64,000 bases of DNA from Candidatus Methanomethylicia archaeon (GTDB lineage Archaea; Thermoproteota; Methanomethylicia; Culexarchaeales; Culexarchaeaceae). The stretch lies in the NCBI GenBank assembly GCA_038727515.1, contig JAVYVS010000001.1:160001-224000 (forward strand). Reading direction: 5' to 3'. The notes beneath the pieces are model-generated. The model saw nothing but the letters and a program-made list of their open reading frames with translations. It ran no database searches and was not told where the DNA came from. Shown here piece by piece: positions 30,092 through 40,651 of the stretch. A program made the translations under genes and the position numbers. Every line of letters begins with the position of its first letter. Position 1 is the stretch's first letter.

Positions 30092-30121
30092 CAAAAAAGA
30101 AAACCCCATATAGGGGTTTTC
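30092..30121 (-). terminator. 9-bp hairpin plus T-tract
   Basis: GAAAACCCC-tatat-GGGGTTTTC (30121..30099), overlapping the upstream TGA and followed by TTTTTT. Confidence 0.7.
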
Positions 30122-30404
30122 ACCATTCTTCTTCCTCTTCCTCCTCTTCCTCTTCCTCCCACTCTTCCTCTTCCCATTCTTCCTCTTCTTCCCACTCTTC
30201 TTCCTCTAACTCTTCCCATTCTTCCTCTTCTTCTTCTTCCTCTTCCTCAACAACTTTTAAATTCCATCTACGACCCTTTTGCTCTATGGATAGTGAGACT
30301 CCACAGGATGGGCACTCGATTACATCTCCTACATGTGGCTTTTCCCCTAAGTCAATGGTTTCATCACATATTGGACATCTAGCTTTAGGCATTTCTATAA
30401 CCAT
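30120..30404 (-). CDS. LysW-like zinc-ribbon protein with 42-residue Glu/Trp tail
   Basis: CPIC...GDVIECPSCGVSL as in LysW/ArgW; tail is E10-W-EEL-E4-W-E5-W-E4-W-E11-W; lacks terminal EDWGE. Confidence 0.8.
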   Translation of the reverse strand: MVIEMPKARCPICDETIDLGEKPHVGDVIECPSCGVSLSIEQKGRRWNLKVVEEEEEEEEEEWEELEEEEWEEEEEWEEEEWEEEEEEEEEEEW

Positions 30405-30669
30405 TTTCTATTTGAACTTATTATACTAAAAAGGTTTTTCACACATATACCTCTTCCTTATTTTTCCACATTTAACATTTTCATATATATTTTTACTTTA
30501 TTTTCCATAATTCGTCCTAATAGTATCTTTTTATTTGTTTTTTGAATTTTATTTTATTTATTTCGCGATTTTTATCCTTATTAGTTTAAAATGTTTCTGT
30601 CAATTTTTTATATTCTCATTTATATTTTTAATGTATTCTTAAAAAAAGTATTTAAATTTATTAATTGGT

Positions 30670-32022
30670 TTATGTTGTAATTCTTACTTTTTCGAATTTT
30701 ATTGATGGTGCAATTAATGAACCTCTTTGTTTTATGTCATCTCCTTGTTCGGTGTACTTCTCTAATAATTCTTTGAATGTTCCAGCGATCATGCATCCCT
30801 TCACCTGCCCTATTATTTCTCCCTTCTTTATTATGTAGGAGGGATTTGCAGTTATTGAGAAGGCTCCTGTCGCTATGTTTGTACTATGTGCACCCATTAC
30901 CCCCTGAATTATTATACCTTCATTTACTTCTCTTATTAATTCTTCTAGCTTTACTTCTTCACCCTTTATTATTTGGTTCCTGGGTGCAATAGTTATTGGT
31001 GTTCTAAATTGTCTAAAGGCGTTACCTGTACTCTCCCTATTTTCTTTATGTGCTGTGTAACTATCATATATGTAGCTTTTCAATATTCCATTTTCTATTA
31101 TTATGGTTTTTTGTGATGGTACTCCTTCCACATCTGTGGGTGTTGTTCTTAATCCACCTTTTAATGTTCCATCATCTATTATTGTTAATTTTTCTGAAGC
31201 TACTAATTCACCTATTTTCCCCGTTAGGTATGATTTTCCCTCTTGAACATTATATGCATCTATAGCTCTTATGAAGGCGAATTCCATTAGGGATTCAAGA
31301 GCTTCTGGACTAAATATAACAGTTTTTTCTCCAGATTCAATTCTATCTACTTTGAAACCTATTTTCACTTTTTCTATTGCTTCCTCCATGTATTTTCTCA
31401 AATTTATCTTATTTAATTCTCTACTAGCTTCCCCCTCCCATCCTAGACTTCTAATACCATTCTTTTCTCCAAGTATTGATACTCCTGCATTTACAATTGT
31501 TTCTCTAAAACTTACTTCTACTCCTAAATTATTATGTATGGCTCTTTCAGTTGATGTAAAGCTGATATTTGAACTTATGGTGTTGAAGTTTGGATCTGCA
31601 TCTAATCCTTCACTTAATATCTTTCTTAATTCTTCAAAGGTTTCTTCTATTGGTGGTGTTAATATCTTTGGATCAAATATCCCCTCAACCTGTGTAGGCG
31701 TTTTTGGTGATGGTAGTGTTTTGAATTCTGGATCTGGATCTTTTATCTTTGCTAATTTTATTGCTGTTTTAACGGTTTCCTCAATGCTTTCTTCATCTAG
31801 TATCGTTGTGTAAGAATATGCTAAACTCTTTCCAACAATTACTCTTATACTTAATCCCTTTATTTCTTCACTTGATCCACTCCTACTCTTAATACCACTT
31901 TTCCTATCGTTAGAGGTTAATATGCTTATTCTATTGGATATTGTAGCATAGGCTTCTGCTTGTGTTGCATTATTCTTTAAAGCTTTTTCTACAGCTATTC
32001 TTACTGCTTCTATTAATTCCAT
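30670..32022 (-). CDS. pmbA: PmbA/TldE family protein
   Basis: AEAY, F.P.A, SYL.GK.G..VAS, D.EG.P, STGNA, G.FS; lacks HExxH. Confidence 0.92.
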   Translation of the reverse strand: MELIEAVRIAVEKALKNNATQAEAYATISNRISILTSNDRKSGIKSRSGSSEEIKGLSIRVIVGKSLAYSYTTILDEESIEETVKTAIKLAKIKDPDPEFKTLPSPKTPTQVEGIFDPKILTPPIEETFEELRKILSEGLDADPNFNTISSNISFTSTERAIHNNLGVEVSFRETIVNAGVSILGEKNGIRSLGWEGEASRELNKINLRKYMEEAIEKVKIGFKVDRIESGEKTVIFSPEALESLMEFAFIRAIDAYNVQEGKSYLTGKIGELVASEKLTIIDDGTLKGGLRTTPTDVEGVPSQKTIIIENGILKSYIYDSYTAHKENRESTGNAFRQFRTPITIAPRNQIIKGEEVKLEELIREVNEGIIIQGVMGAHSTNIATGAFSITANPSYIIKKGEIIGQVKGCMIAGTFKELLEKYTEQGDDIKQRGSLIAPSIKFEKVRITT

Positions 32023-33407
32023 TACACCCTCCCCCCAACCATCATATTCTCAATTCTCATATGAGGTCCACCACATGTATTTCTCATTGATTGACCCATT
32101 TTACCACAGAAGCTTGGATATATATCGAAATCCTTTGCTACTCCTGTTACATTTTTTAATGTTTCAAGTATAAATCCACTCATACTGAAATCCCTCAATC
32201 TATCGGTTATTTCACCATTCTTTATGATATATGCTTCTTGTGCTCCAAATTGGAATATTCCTTCAGCTGGACTTACCTGTCCTCCTCTACCACCTTTAGC
32301 ATATATTCCATACTTTATATCTTCAATTAATTCTTCAAAATTCATGTCTCCAGGTTGGAAGAATGTATTTGTCATTCTAACTATTGGTTGAAATCTATAA
32401 TCTTGTGCTCTAGCATTTCCAGTTAATGGTAAACCCATTTTACCTGCAGCTTCTCTATTAGTTAGATACCCCTTTAATATCCCTTTTTGAATTATAACCT
32501 TTCTTTGTGCTCTAATCCCTTCATCATCATATACATCTGTTCCAAATCTACCATTTATCGTAGCATCATCTATTAAAGTTACATGTTCAGAACCTATTTT
32601 CTCACCTAGTTTTCCACGTAATATGCTTGTCCCCCTTAATACTCCATCTGCTTCTGATGCGTGTCCAATAGCTTCATGAGCTAGTAATCCTGAAAGTACT
32701 CCATCTATTACAACTGTGAATTTTCCTCCTGGAGCTGGTTTAGCCTTTAATAATTCCATAGCTTTTTTGGCTGCTTCTCTAGATCTTTCTTCAGCATTCA
32801 TTTTCTCAGTAACTTCAAATCCACCTAGCATTGCAAATCTATCTCTATATGATTGTATTAATCCAGCTTCTCTAGCATATGCCCACATACCCCAGTAAAC
32901 CCATGAATTATTAATCTCTAATTGTGTACCATCACTTGTACATATAATCTTGTATTCAGAGTAATCATTGTAATTTGATGTTGTTTTTATATTTGGTGAT
33001 ACTTCCCTTGCAACATTATCTACATTTAATAGAAACTTTATTTTCTCTTCAATAGATACTTCTTCCAATGGTTCTTTCACATAGACTTTTACTTTATCCA
33101 TTGTTATAGTACTTGGAGCTAATTTTACTGGTTCTGTATCTATACTTGATTGCTTAGCCATTTTTATTGCTGTCGTTAATGCTGATTGTAATGAATCTTT
33201 ACTTATACTATTTGTTGTAGAGAAACCCCATCCACCCTTAAATAAGACTCTTATTGCAACACCTTGTTCTATTCCAGGTACTGCTGATATAACTTTTCCA
33301 TCTCTAACCTCTATATCTGTACTATGGAATTTTTGATATCTTGCTTCTACATACTCTAATCCTTCATTCACACCTTTATTTACCAACCATATTAATAAAT
33401 CCATCAT
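32022..33407 (-). CDS. tldD: TldD family metalloprotease
   Basis: HEAIGH..EAD, DDEG, TGNAR, RMTNT, CGK.GQ...GGP. Confidence 0.95.
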   Translation of the reverse strand: MMDLLIWLVNKGVNEGLEYVEARYQKFHSTDIEVRDGKVISAVPGIEQGVAIRVLFKGGWGFSTTNSISKDSLQSALTTAIKMAKQSSIDTEPVKLAPSTITMDKVKVYVKEPLEEVSIEEKIKFLLNVDNVAREVSPNIKTTSNYNDYSEYKIICTSDGTQLEINNSWVYWGMWAYAREAGLIQSYRDRFAMLGGFEVTEKMNAEERSREAAKKAMELLKAKPAPGGKFTVVIDGVLSGLLAHEAIGHASEADGVLRGTSILRGKLGEKIGSEHVTLIDDATINGRFGTDVYDDEGIRAQRKVIIQKGILKGYLTNREAAGKMGLPLTGNARAQDYRFQPIVRMTNTFFQPGDMNFEELIEDIKYGIYAKGGRGGQVSPAEGIFQFGAQEAYIIKNGEITDRLRDFSMSGFILETLKNVTGVAKDFDIYPSFCGKMGQSMRNTCGGPHMRIENMMVGGRV

Positions 33408-33441
33408 GGCATTTTCAAAATAATATTTTTAAGATTATTTT

Positions 33442-34284
33442 TTATAATTTTCTAATCCAGAAATCAATCCAATACTCTAATGTTCTCTTTTTCATTTCTA
33501 ATCTTAATGGTTGATAAAACTCTATTTTGCTTATGATATCCATAATTTCATTTTTACCTAATCCTTTTTCTGAGAGTTCTTTTACTTCCATTTTTACTTT
33601 CTCCATAAAGTTTAGGTATTTTTCTACTTCCTCTTTTCCACATATTGGACCATGACCTGGAATTATCTTTTTTATCTTCATTTCTAAAATCATTTTTAAT
33701 GCTTTTATCCATTTATCTGGATCTGCTGTTGGGTCTCCTCCCCAAGGGAATGAATGGGAGAATATTATATCTCCAGAAAATAGTATTTCTTTATCTTTAA
33801 TGTATATTATGGATGAATCTTCTGTATGTCCACCAACGTTGATGATTTCCATATCTTCTAAAGTATATTTATCATCAAATACTTCATTTGGAGGTATTAT
33901 TTCACTTAATCCCTCATATAACCATGCGCTTTCAGGTCTTTCTACTTTTACTCTTTCAATTAAATTCTTTAATTCCTCCTTTCTCCATATGGTTTTCATG
34001 TTTTCCTCCATTATTTCTCTAAGTTTTCTATGTGAAATTATCTTACACTCTTTAAATTCTTGACATCCAAAGGTATGATCTGCATGGTAATGTGTTAATA
34101 TTAGATGTGTTATAGGCTTACTTGTTAATTTCATTATTTCATTTTTAGCTTCTCTTGCAATGGCTGGGAATCCTGCGTCAATAAATATAACTTTATCTTC
34201 ATAAATTATTGCTCCTATATTCCCTCCCTTTCCAAGTCTAGTATCCGCATATACATTCTCCAATACTTTCTCCAAGGTTTTCAC
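33442..34284 (-). CDS. MBL-fold metallo-hydrolase (cyclase/glyoxalase II-like)
   Basis: THYHADH, GGHT, SGD, PGHG. Confidence 0.9.
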   Translation of the reverse strand: MKTLEKVLENVYADTRLGKGGNIGAIIYEDKVIFIDAGFPAIAREAKNEIMKLTSKPITHLILTHYHADHTFGCQEFKECKIISHRKLREIMEENMKTIWRKEELKNLIERVKVERPESAWLYEGLSEIIPPNEVFDDKYTLEDMEIINVGGHTEDSSIIYIKDKEILFSGDIIFSHSFPWGGDPTADPDKWIKALKMILEMKIKKIIPGHGPICGKEEVEKYLNFMEKVKMEVKELSEKGLGKNEIMDIISKIEFYQPLRLEMKKRTLEYWIDFWIRKL

Positions 34285-34384
34285 CGTTAAACATAATTCT
34301 ATTATTTATATATGAAGTATTTTGTTTATGGGTTACTGCAATGTAAAATATATTTATTACCAAAGTTATGTTTTATTGGTTTAT

Positions 34385-34765
34385 ATGTTGCTTCCCTGTG
34401 AGATTGCTGTTAAATTTGTTTTACCTAGTGTGAGGGCTGCTATTGCAACTAGGCTTATTTCAAATTATGGTTTAAAGCAAATGGATGCAGCTAAACTTTT
34501 AGGTATTAGTCAACCTGCTATTAGCTTATATACTAGACGTCTCCGTGGTGGTAAGTTACATCTTGAGGATTATCCAGATTTGACTGAGGCCATTGATAAA
34601 TTAGCTGGTATGCTGGTTAATGGTTATTCTAATTTTAATTCCTTTGTTGAAGAATTTTGTAGGATATGTAGACTTATTAAGTCTAAAGGTTTATTATGCT
34701 CATTTCATAAATTATTGGATTCAAATATTGATACCAGTAGATGTGATATTTGCAAATGTATTTAG
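34385..34765 (+). CDS. Archaeal HTH transcriptional regulator with C-terminal Cys/His cluster
   Basis: PCE.....LP..R..IA, Q..AA..LGISQPAIS.Y...RG, C..C...C..H...C..C; start set at ATG 34385. Confidence 0.85.
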   Translation: MLLPCEIAVKFVLPSVRAAIATRLISNYGLKQMDAAKLLGISQPAISLYTRRLRGGKLHLEDYPDLTEAIDKLAGMLVNGYSNFNSFVEEFCRICRLIKSKGLLCSFHKLLDSNIDTSRCDICKCI

Positions 34766-34803
34766 GTGAAGCTTAATCTTAAAAATAGATATAAAATAAT
34801 TGT

Positions 34804-35220
34804 TTATACTGTTTTTATTTTTACTTCAACATTTTCCTTTAATGTCCATAAAACTGGGCAGTACTTTTCAGATAATTCGACTGCTTTTATAAGTTCTTCT
34901 TCTGGTATTCCTTCCGCTTTTATTTCAACTTCTATGGTTTTGTATCTCCTTGGAGTTTCCTCCATGGTTTCCCCTTTAACTACCACTTCAAATTTTTCTA
35001 CATTCAATTTTTTGGCATTTAGTATTCTTAGGGTTACTGATGATAGGCATCCTCCAAGTGCTGCTAATACTAATTCCATTGCTGAGGGGCCGTATCTCCT
35101 GTTTGCCCCTACAGTTTCCTCTGTTCCACCCATGGTTATTGTGAATCCTGTTTCTGTTACGGCTATTAGTCCTATCCCCTTATGTAATGAAACTCTTACT
35201 TCAGGCACATGTATCCCCAA
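34804..35220 (-). CDS. OsmC family protein
   Basis: GPSAMEL.LAALGGC and KYCPV..TL. Confidence 0.9.
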   Translation of the reverse strand: MGIHVPEVRVSLHKGIGLIAVTETGFTITMGGTEETVGANRRYGPSAMELVLAALGGCLSSVTLRILNAKKLNVEKFEVVVKGETMEETPRRYKTIEVEIKAEGIPEEELIKAVELSEKYCPVLWTLKENVEVKIKTV

Positions 35221-35237
35221 ATGTTTATTTCAAATTT

Positions 35238-36023
35238 TTATTTAAGGTTTATTGGTTGATTTGGTAGATACCCTGTTAATTCTATGATTTTTATTATTTC
35301 TTCTTCTCTCTTCTTTGTGTATGTTAATTTTCTTTTTACATTGTCTATCCATGTAATATCGCTTCTCTTAGAATATTTTTCATAATATCCTTCTTCTTTG
35401 AGTTTTTCTATCATTATTTTTGCTGCTTCTATTAATTCATTGGGATCTGGTTCTCTATATTGGTTTATTGAGAGCATTATTTTTGTTGGTAATCTAGGTC
35501 TTATTGGCGGGTTTTCATCTGGATAACCAATGCATATTAGGAATAATGGTAGAACTCCATTTGGCAATTTTAATAGTTCAATTAACCTTTTGTTTGCTAA
35601 GGCTGTTCCAACGTAAACTGATGATAATCCAAGTGATTCTGCTGCTATCACTATGTTTTGTGCTGCTAGTGTTGCATCAATTATGGAGAATAATTTTACT
35701 TCGTATCCACATTCCATTTTTTGGTTATTGCATTCATCTATTGCATCTACTATTTTGAGTATTTTTCTTACGTCTGCACATACTACTAGTGTTATTGGGG
35801 CTTCAAGTATGAATGATTGTTTACCACATGCTTCATATACTTCTTTCCTTATTTTATCGTCTTTTACCCATATTATACTGTATGTTTGTAGTGAGCATGC
35901 TGTTGGAGCTCTTTGTCCTGCTTCAATTAATTTATAGACTATTTCTTCTGGTATTGGTGTGTTTTTAAATTTCCTTATTGTCCTTCTATTCATTATTACT
36001 TCTAGTGTTTTCATGTTTTTCAC
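35238..36023 (-). CDS. Nitroreductase / flavin reductase (NfsA-like)
   Basis: RRTIRKF, APT...LQ.Y, IDA.LAAQN...AAES.GL, GYP, RPRLP. Confidence 0.92.
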   Translation of the reverse strand: MKNMKTLEVIMNRRTIRKFKNTPIPEEIVYKLIEAGQRAPTACSLQTYSIIWVKDDKIRKEVYEACGKQSFILEAPITLVVCADVRKILKIVDAIDECNNQKMECGYEVKLFSIIDATLAAQNIVIAAESLGLSSVYVGTALANKRLIELLKLPNGVLPLFLICIGYPDENPPIRPRLPTKIMLSINQYREPDPNELIEAAKIMIEKLKEEGYYEKYSKRSDITWIDNVKRKLTYTKKREEEIIKIIELTGYLPNQPINLK

Positions 36024-37977
36024 CTTTATCTTTTGATTTTAGATATTTATCAAACCATTCCATCATATACTTCAATCTTTTTACTCTGTTTTTAGGTTTT
36101 CCAGATCTACTGAATACATGGCTTCCCTCTGTGAAGAGTAATAGTTTTGCTTCTTTTCTAAGATATTTTAGTGCTGTATAGAAGAGTAGTGCCTGGTCTA
36201 TGTAGCATCTATAGTCTTCCATGCTATGTATTATTAGTATTGGTGTTTGAACTTTATCTGCATGTGTTATTGGTGATTTATTTATCCATTCTTCTCTATT
36301 TGTCCACCAGTCTCCACCTATCTGGTCTGGTACAAAGTGGAATCCTATGTCTGTGGTTCCGAATTCTGCTAGCCAACAGCTTATTCCATTTAATGATACT
36401 GCTGCTTTAAATTTGTTTGTTTGTGTTATTATCCAGTTTGTCATATATCCTCCATAACTTATTCCTGTGATGCCTATTCTTTCTTCATCTATTGATGGAT
36501 AGGTTTTTGTAATGTAGTCTACCATTTCCATGAAGTCTTGGTAGTCTCTTTCACCATATTTCCTTCTTATGTCTGCAAATTCTTCACTGTATCCTCCGCT
36601 TCCTCTAATGTTTGCGTATACTACTATGTAGCCATTTGATGCGAAGATTTGATGTTCAAACATTAATGAATATCCAAATGTGCTTTTTGGTCCTCCATGT
36701 ATGAATATTATTGTGGGATATTTCTTCCCCTCCACATAGTTTACTGGTTTTATTAGCCATCCTTCAATTATTTCTCCATCTGATGCTTTAAATTGGAATT
36801 TCTCATGTGTTTGTAAGTATACTTCTTTTAGTATTTCATCGTTGAAGTTTGTTAATTTCCTTTCAATCCCATTTTCCATTACGTATATTTCTGCTGGTGT
36901 ATTTTCTGTTATTTTTGTGTATACGATTTTTCCATTTTTTACTTGGAAGTTGTCTATTATGAAGTTTCCTACAACTACTCCCTCTATATCCTCTGTTTTT
37001 AGATTCATTTTGTATATATTGTGTGTTCCACCTTTTGTTAATGTGAAGTATAATTCTTCTCTTTCTATTATTGGTGGTTGTGGTGATTGGTAAGGTCCTC
37101 TAACATCATAGTATATACTTAGATTTGTTTGATATCCTGTTTTACCTGTTAAATTCCTTATTTCTCCTGTGCTTATGTTTATCATCCATATTCCTTCATG
37201 TGTTGGATAGCCCCTTTTGTAATCATTTCCTTTGAAGTATATTCTTTCATTGCAGGGGCACCATGCCATTGGTCCTATACCCATGTCTGGATGATCTAAT
37301 CTTATTGTTTCTCCATTTTCTAAGTCTATTATATGTAGTTTTTGTTTTCTTGGTTCAAGATAGTTTGTTGTTGCTGCAAAAGCTATTTTCTTCCCATCAT
37401 TAGAGTATTTTGCCTCTATTATATTCATTTCTCCATGGGTTAATTGATTTATTTCTCCAGAATTTACTTCTATTTGGAATAGATGTATTTGTATGTGATG
37501 TGTAAATCCAATTCCATCAAACCATATTGGTATTCTGTCTATGAGTCTTGCTTCAGAATCTATTTCTCCACTTATCACCGGTGATCTGTATAGTATGTAT
37601 CTCCCATTTGGACTCCATGATGGTTGTATTATTCCAGTTTTACTTTTAATTATTAGTCTTGGTTCTCCACCCTTTATTGGTAGTAGCCATAATTCATTTC
37701 CAGGTTCTCTCTCCTTTATTGTTCTCTTTGATAAGAAGAGTATATATTTTCCATTTGGGCTCCATCTAGGCCATGTATCTGTGAAGCCATTTGTTGATAA
37801 TTCTATTTCCCCTGTTTCTGAGTTTATAATCCATATTTTTGAGTTGTATGTATTTCCTTCTTGATCTGGTTTTAGTGTTACGAAGGCTATGTATTTTCCA
37901 TTTGGGGATATTTGTGGGTCGTTTACTGATGTAAATCTATTGTAATCTTCTATTTTTAGTGGTCTCATAATTTTCAT
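35986..37977 (-). CDS. S9 family peptidase (acylaminoacyl/dipeptidyl peptidase)
   Basis: Beta-propeller WSPNG repeats, IHGGP, GISYGG nucleophile, D.RC, SH. Confidence 0.95.
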   Translation of the reverse strand: MKIMRPLKIEDYNRFTSVNDPQISPNGKYIAFVTLKPDQEGNTYNSKIWIINSETGEIELSTNGFTDTWPRWSPNGKYILFLSKRTIKEREPGNELWLLPIKGGEPRLIIKSKTGIIQPSWSPNGRYILYRSPVISGEIDSEARLIDRIPIWFDGIGFTHHIQIHLFQIEVNSGEINQLTHGEMNIIEAKYSNDGKKIAFAATTNYLEPRKQKLHIIDLENGETIRLDHPDMGIGPMAWCPCNERIYFKGNDYKRGYPTHEGIWMINISTGEIRNLTGKTGYQTNLSIYYDVRGPYQSPQPPIIEREELYFTLTKGGTHNIYKMNLKTEDIEGVVVGNFIIDNFQVKNGKIVYTKITENTPAEIYVMENGIERKLTNFNDEILKEVYLQTHEKFQFKASDGEIIEGWLIKPVNYVEGKKYPTIIFIHGGPKSTFGYSLMFEHQIFASNGYIVVYANIRGSGGYSEEFADIRRKYGERDYQDFMEMVDYITKTYPSIDEERIGITGISYGGYMTNWIITQTNKFKAAVSLNGISCWLAEFGTTDIGFHFVPDQIGGDWWTNREEWINKSPITHADKVQTPILIIHSMEDYRCYIDQALLFYTALKYLRKEAKLLLFTEGSHVFSRSGKPKNRVKRLKYMMEWFDKYLKSKDKGEKHENTRSNNE

Positions 37978-38018
37978 TGTTAACTATATCATCTATTTTA
38001 TTTAATCTATTTGATTTG

Positions 38019-39035
38019 TTATGATTGTGTTAATTCATCTATTAATTTATTGTATATTTCTATGGCTTCTTCTTCACTTTTTACTCCTTTTATTATCATT
38101 CTTCCATTCTTGAATATGCTTACATCCTTTTCATCATATTTTATTGCTATCATAATTTCCGTTGATATTTTTATTTGGTATCGTTTAGATAGTTTTTCTC
38201 TAATTTCCTTTATGTTTATCTTCACTGGTTTTATTGGATTTACATTTATCGTGTTTCTTCCACATAGCCATGTTATTTTTGGTTGTGTTATTTCTATTTC
38301 GGTTTTTTGTTTGCATACTGGACAATTCTCTCTTTTGCTTATGTTTATTTTGTGGAATTCCATGGTTTTGAAATCACATACTAATAGTTTTCCCTTTAAT
38401 CCATTTTCTATTCCTGCTATTAGTTTTATTGCTTCCATTGCTTCTATGGATCCAATTATTCCTGGTGTTGCCCCTATTACTCCTCTTGTTTCACATGTGG
38501 GTATTAGGTTGTCATCTATTTTTGGGAATATGCATTCTAGGCATGGTGTTTCTGGTGGATGTATTACTGTTATATTTCCTTCTAATCCTATTGCTCCTGC
38601 GAATATGTATGGAATATTCTTTTTAACGCTTACTCTATTTATTATATATCTTGTAGTCATATTGTCGAGTCCATCCACTATAACGTCTACACCATCTAAG
38701 AGCTCTTCTGCATTTAATTGGTTTAAGTGTTCTGGTATTGGTTCTACTTTTACTTGTGGATTCATTTTTGATAGTTTTCTTGCTGCTACTTCAACTTTTG
38801 GTTGACCAATTTCACTTGGATCGTATAGTATTTGTCTATGTAGATTGTGTTCTTCAATTATGTCGTGATCTATTATTCTTATATGTCCGATTCCTGCTAA
38901 GGTTAGGTATATTGATGCTATGCTTCCAAGTCCTCCAATTCCTACAATAGCCACTTTTGCTTTCATTAATTTTCTTTGTCCTTCAATTCCAAGTTCTCTT
39001 AATGCTATCTGCCTTGAATAATATTCACTTATCAT
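38019..39035 (-). CDS. HesA/MoeB/ThiF family E1-like adenylyltransferase with C-terminal extension
   Basis: YSRQ, GIGGLG, D.....NLHRQ, D.LDN, PCLEC, CPVC. Confidence 0.93.
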   Translation of the reverse strand: MISEYYSRQIALRELGIEGQRKLMKAKVAIVGIGGLGSIASIYLTLAGIGHIRIIDHDIIEEHNLHRQILYDPSEIGQPKVEVAARKLSKMNPQVKVEPIPEHLNQLNAEELLDGVDVIVDGLDNMTTRYIINRVSVKKNIPYIFAGAIGLEGNITVIHPPETPCLECIFPKIDDNLIPTCETRGVIGATPGIIGSIEAMEAIKLIAGIENGLKGKLLVCDFKTMEFHKINISKRENCPVCKQKTEIEITQPKITWLCGRNTINVNPIKPVKINIKEIREKLSKRYQIKISTEIMIAIKYDEKDVSIFKNGRMIIKGVKSEEEAIEIYNKLIDELTQS

Positions 39036-39079
39036 TTCGGGTTAATTCTATATTTTAATTTTGATTTATATGTTTTCTT

Positions 39080-40528
39080 TCACCATACTTTATTTGTTGT
39101 TTTCCAAGTTACGTATGCATATGGTATTGTTAAGGTTAGTATACATAGTGCTGATGCTTTGTAACCAAATATTAATAGGATTATCATTGCGATTAATCCC
39201 ATTATTGTTGTTATGCTTTCTATAATTCCAGATCTTCTGCTACTGCTTTTCTTTGCAATTTCTCCTTTTGGTGTGATATTCCATTTCTCTCTTTTACCGA
39301 ATATTATTTTTATGTCTTGTAACAGTATGTGTATAGCTAGTGCTGTGGCTAGTGCTGTGCATCTACCCATTATGGTTATGCTTTTCCATGTTTTTAATCC
39401 AAGTTTTTTTGCTGTATGCATGTATGATGCTGCTTCTAATGCTGATAATACTATTGTTATTGGTATTAGGGGTGTTATTTGGGATATGATATCCATTCTT
39501 ACTATTATTGATGATATTGCAAGTATTGCCATTGCAAAATTTGCTAGTACTGCTTGATATTGTAATAGATATAGTATTACATCTATCTTCCATATTAATG
39601 GTATTTTTGCATTAATTATTCTTGTGGCATTTTTCACTAGTGTTTGTACTGCTCCATATATCCATCTTGATTGTTGTTTTTTGAAATCTTCATAGTTTGA
39701 TGGAACTTCAACTTTTACTTCTGTTTCATCTAGATATCCAATGCGTTTACCTTTTGTTACTAGTTTTACTGATAGATCTAAGTCTTCTGCTAGTGATTCT
39801 TCATTCCAACCCCCTAATTCCATTAGTACATCTCTTTTGAATATGCATCCACATCCAGGTATTATTATTGGCTTTCTTGATATTGCTCTTCCCCTAAGTA
39901 TTATTGATGTTAGGAATTCCATGGAGATTGCTTGTGCTTCCGATATTGGTGAATCATTTATGTTTAATGTAGACCATTTTGTTGCAATTGCATCTAATTT
40001 TTCTCCTTCCATGTATGCTATTGCCTTTTCTATTAGATCTTCCTTTGGAATTGCATCTGCATCAAATACTACTATATATTTTCCATTACTTCTTTTTAAT
40101 GCGTAATTTAATGCTCCTGCTTTAAATCCTCTTCTTTCCTCTCTCCTATAGATTTTTATGTTTAAATTGTATTTAGATGATGCTTTCATAACTTCATTTT
40201 CAATGTTCATATACTTTTCCTTTGTATCATCGCTTACTATTATTATCTCCATTTTATCCTTTGGATATGATTGTTTTGATAATGCTTCTATCAATCTTAA
40301 AATTATATTTATTGATTCATTTACTGTTGGTATTATTACTGTTATTTCTGGTGCTTTCTCTAAGTCTAGATTGTACTTATTTATTTTGTATTCTCTTTTT
40401 CTTCCAATCCAGTAGTATATTGAATGGAATATTATTATTGTCCATACTAATGAATATATTGCAATTACTAGTATTGTTGCATGTATTGGTTGTATTGTTG
40501 GTGTCACTATTTGCAGCATTCTCATCAA
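39080..40528 (-). CDS. Processive GT2 glycosyltransferase (cellulose synthase/CslA-like)
   Basis: DD, KAGALN, FDAD, AED, QQSRW and flanking TM helices. Confidence 0.92.
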   Translation of the reverse strand: MMRMLQIVTPTIQPIHATILVIAIYSLVWTIIIFHSIYYWIGRKREYKINKYNLDLEKAPEITVIIPTVNESINIILRLIEALSKQSYPKDKMEIIIVSDDTKEKYMNIENEVMKASSKYNLNIKIYRREERRGFKAGALNYALKRSNGKYIVVFDADAIPKEDLIEKAIAYMEGEKLDAIATKWSTLNINDSPISEAQAISMEFLTSIILRGRAISRKPIIIPGCGCIFKRDVLMELGGWNEESLAEDLDLSVKLVTKGKRIGYLDETEVKVEVPSNYEDFKKQQSRWIYGAVQTLVKNATRIINAKIPLIWKIDVILYLLQYQAVLANFAMAILAISSIIVRMDIISQITPLIPITIVLSALEAASYMHTAKKLGLKTWKSITIMGRCTALATALAIHILLQDIKIIFGKREKWNITPKGEIAKKSSSRRSGIIESITTIMGLIAMIILLIFGYKASALCILTLTIPYAYVTWKTTNKVW

Positions 40529-40651
40529 TCCCTAGAGTTTAATGTAACTATGCTTTAATTCTTAAATTACAAGAGTATATTATCTACATTTTAATGTTTT
40601 GGTTTTGGATAGGTATATATTGTTGTTTACATGTTGTTATAATGTGTTTTT

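Noticed and set aside
30120-30122. UGA followed by a hairpin as a selenocysteine/read-through signal
   Set aside because: The hairpin overlaps the stop and is followed by a T-tract (terminator-like); read-through gives no meaningful sequence.
30040-30429. Poly-Ser ORF on + strand
   Set aside because: Antisense shadow of the poly-Glu gene, which has the recognisable zinc ribbon.
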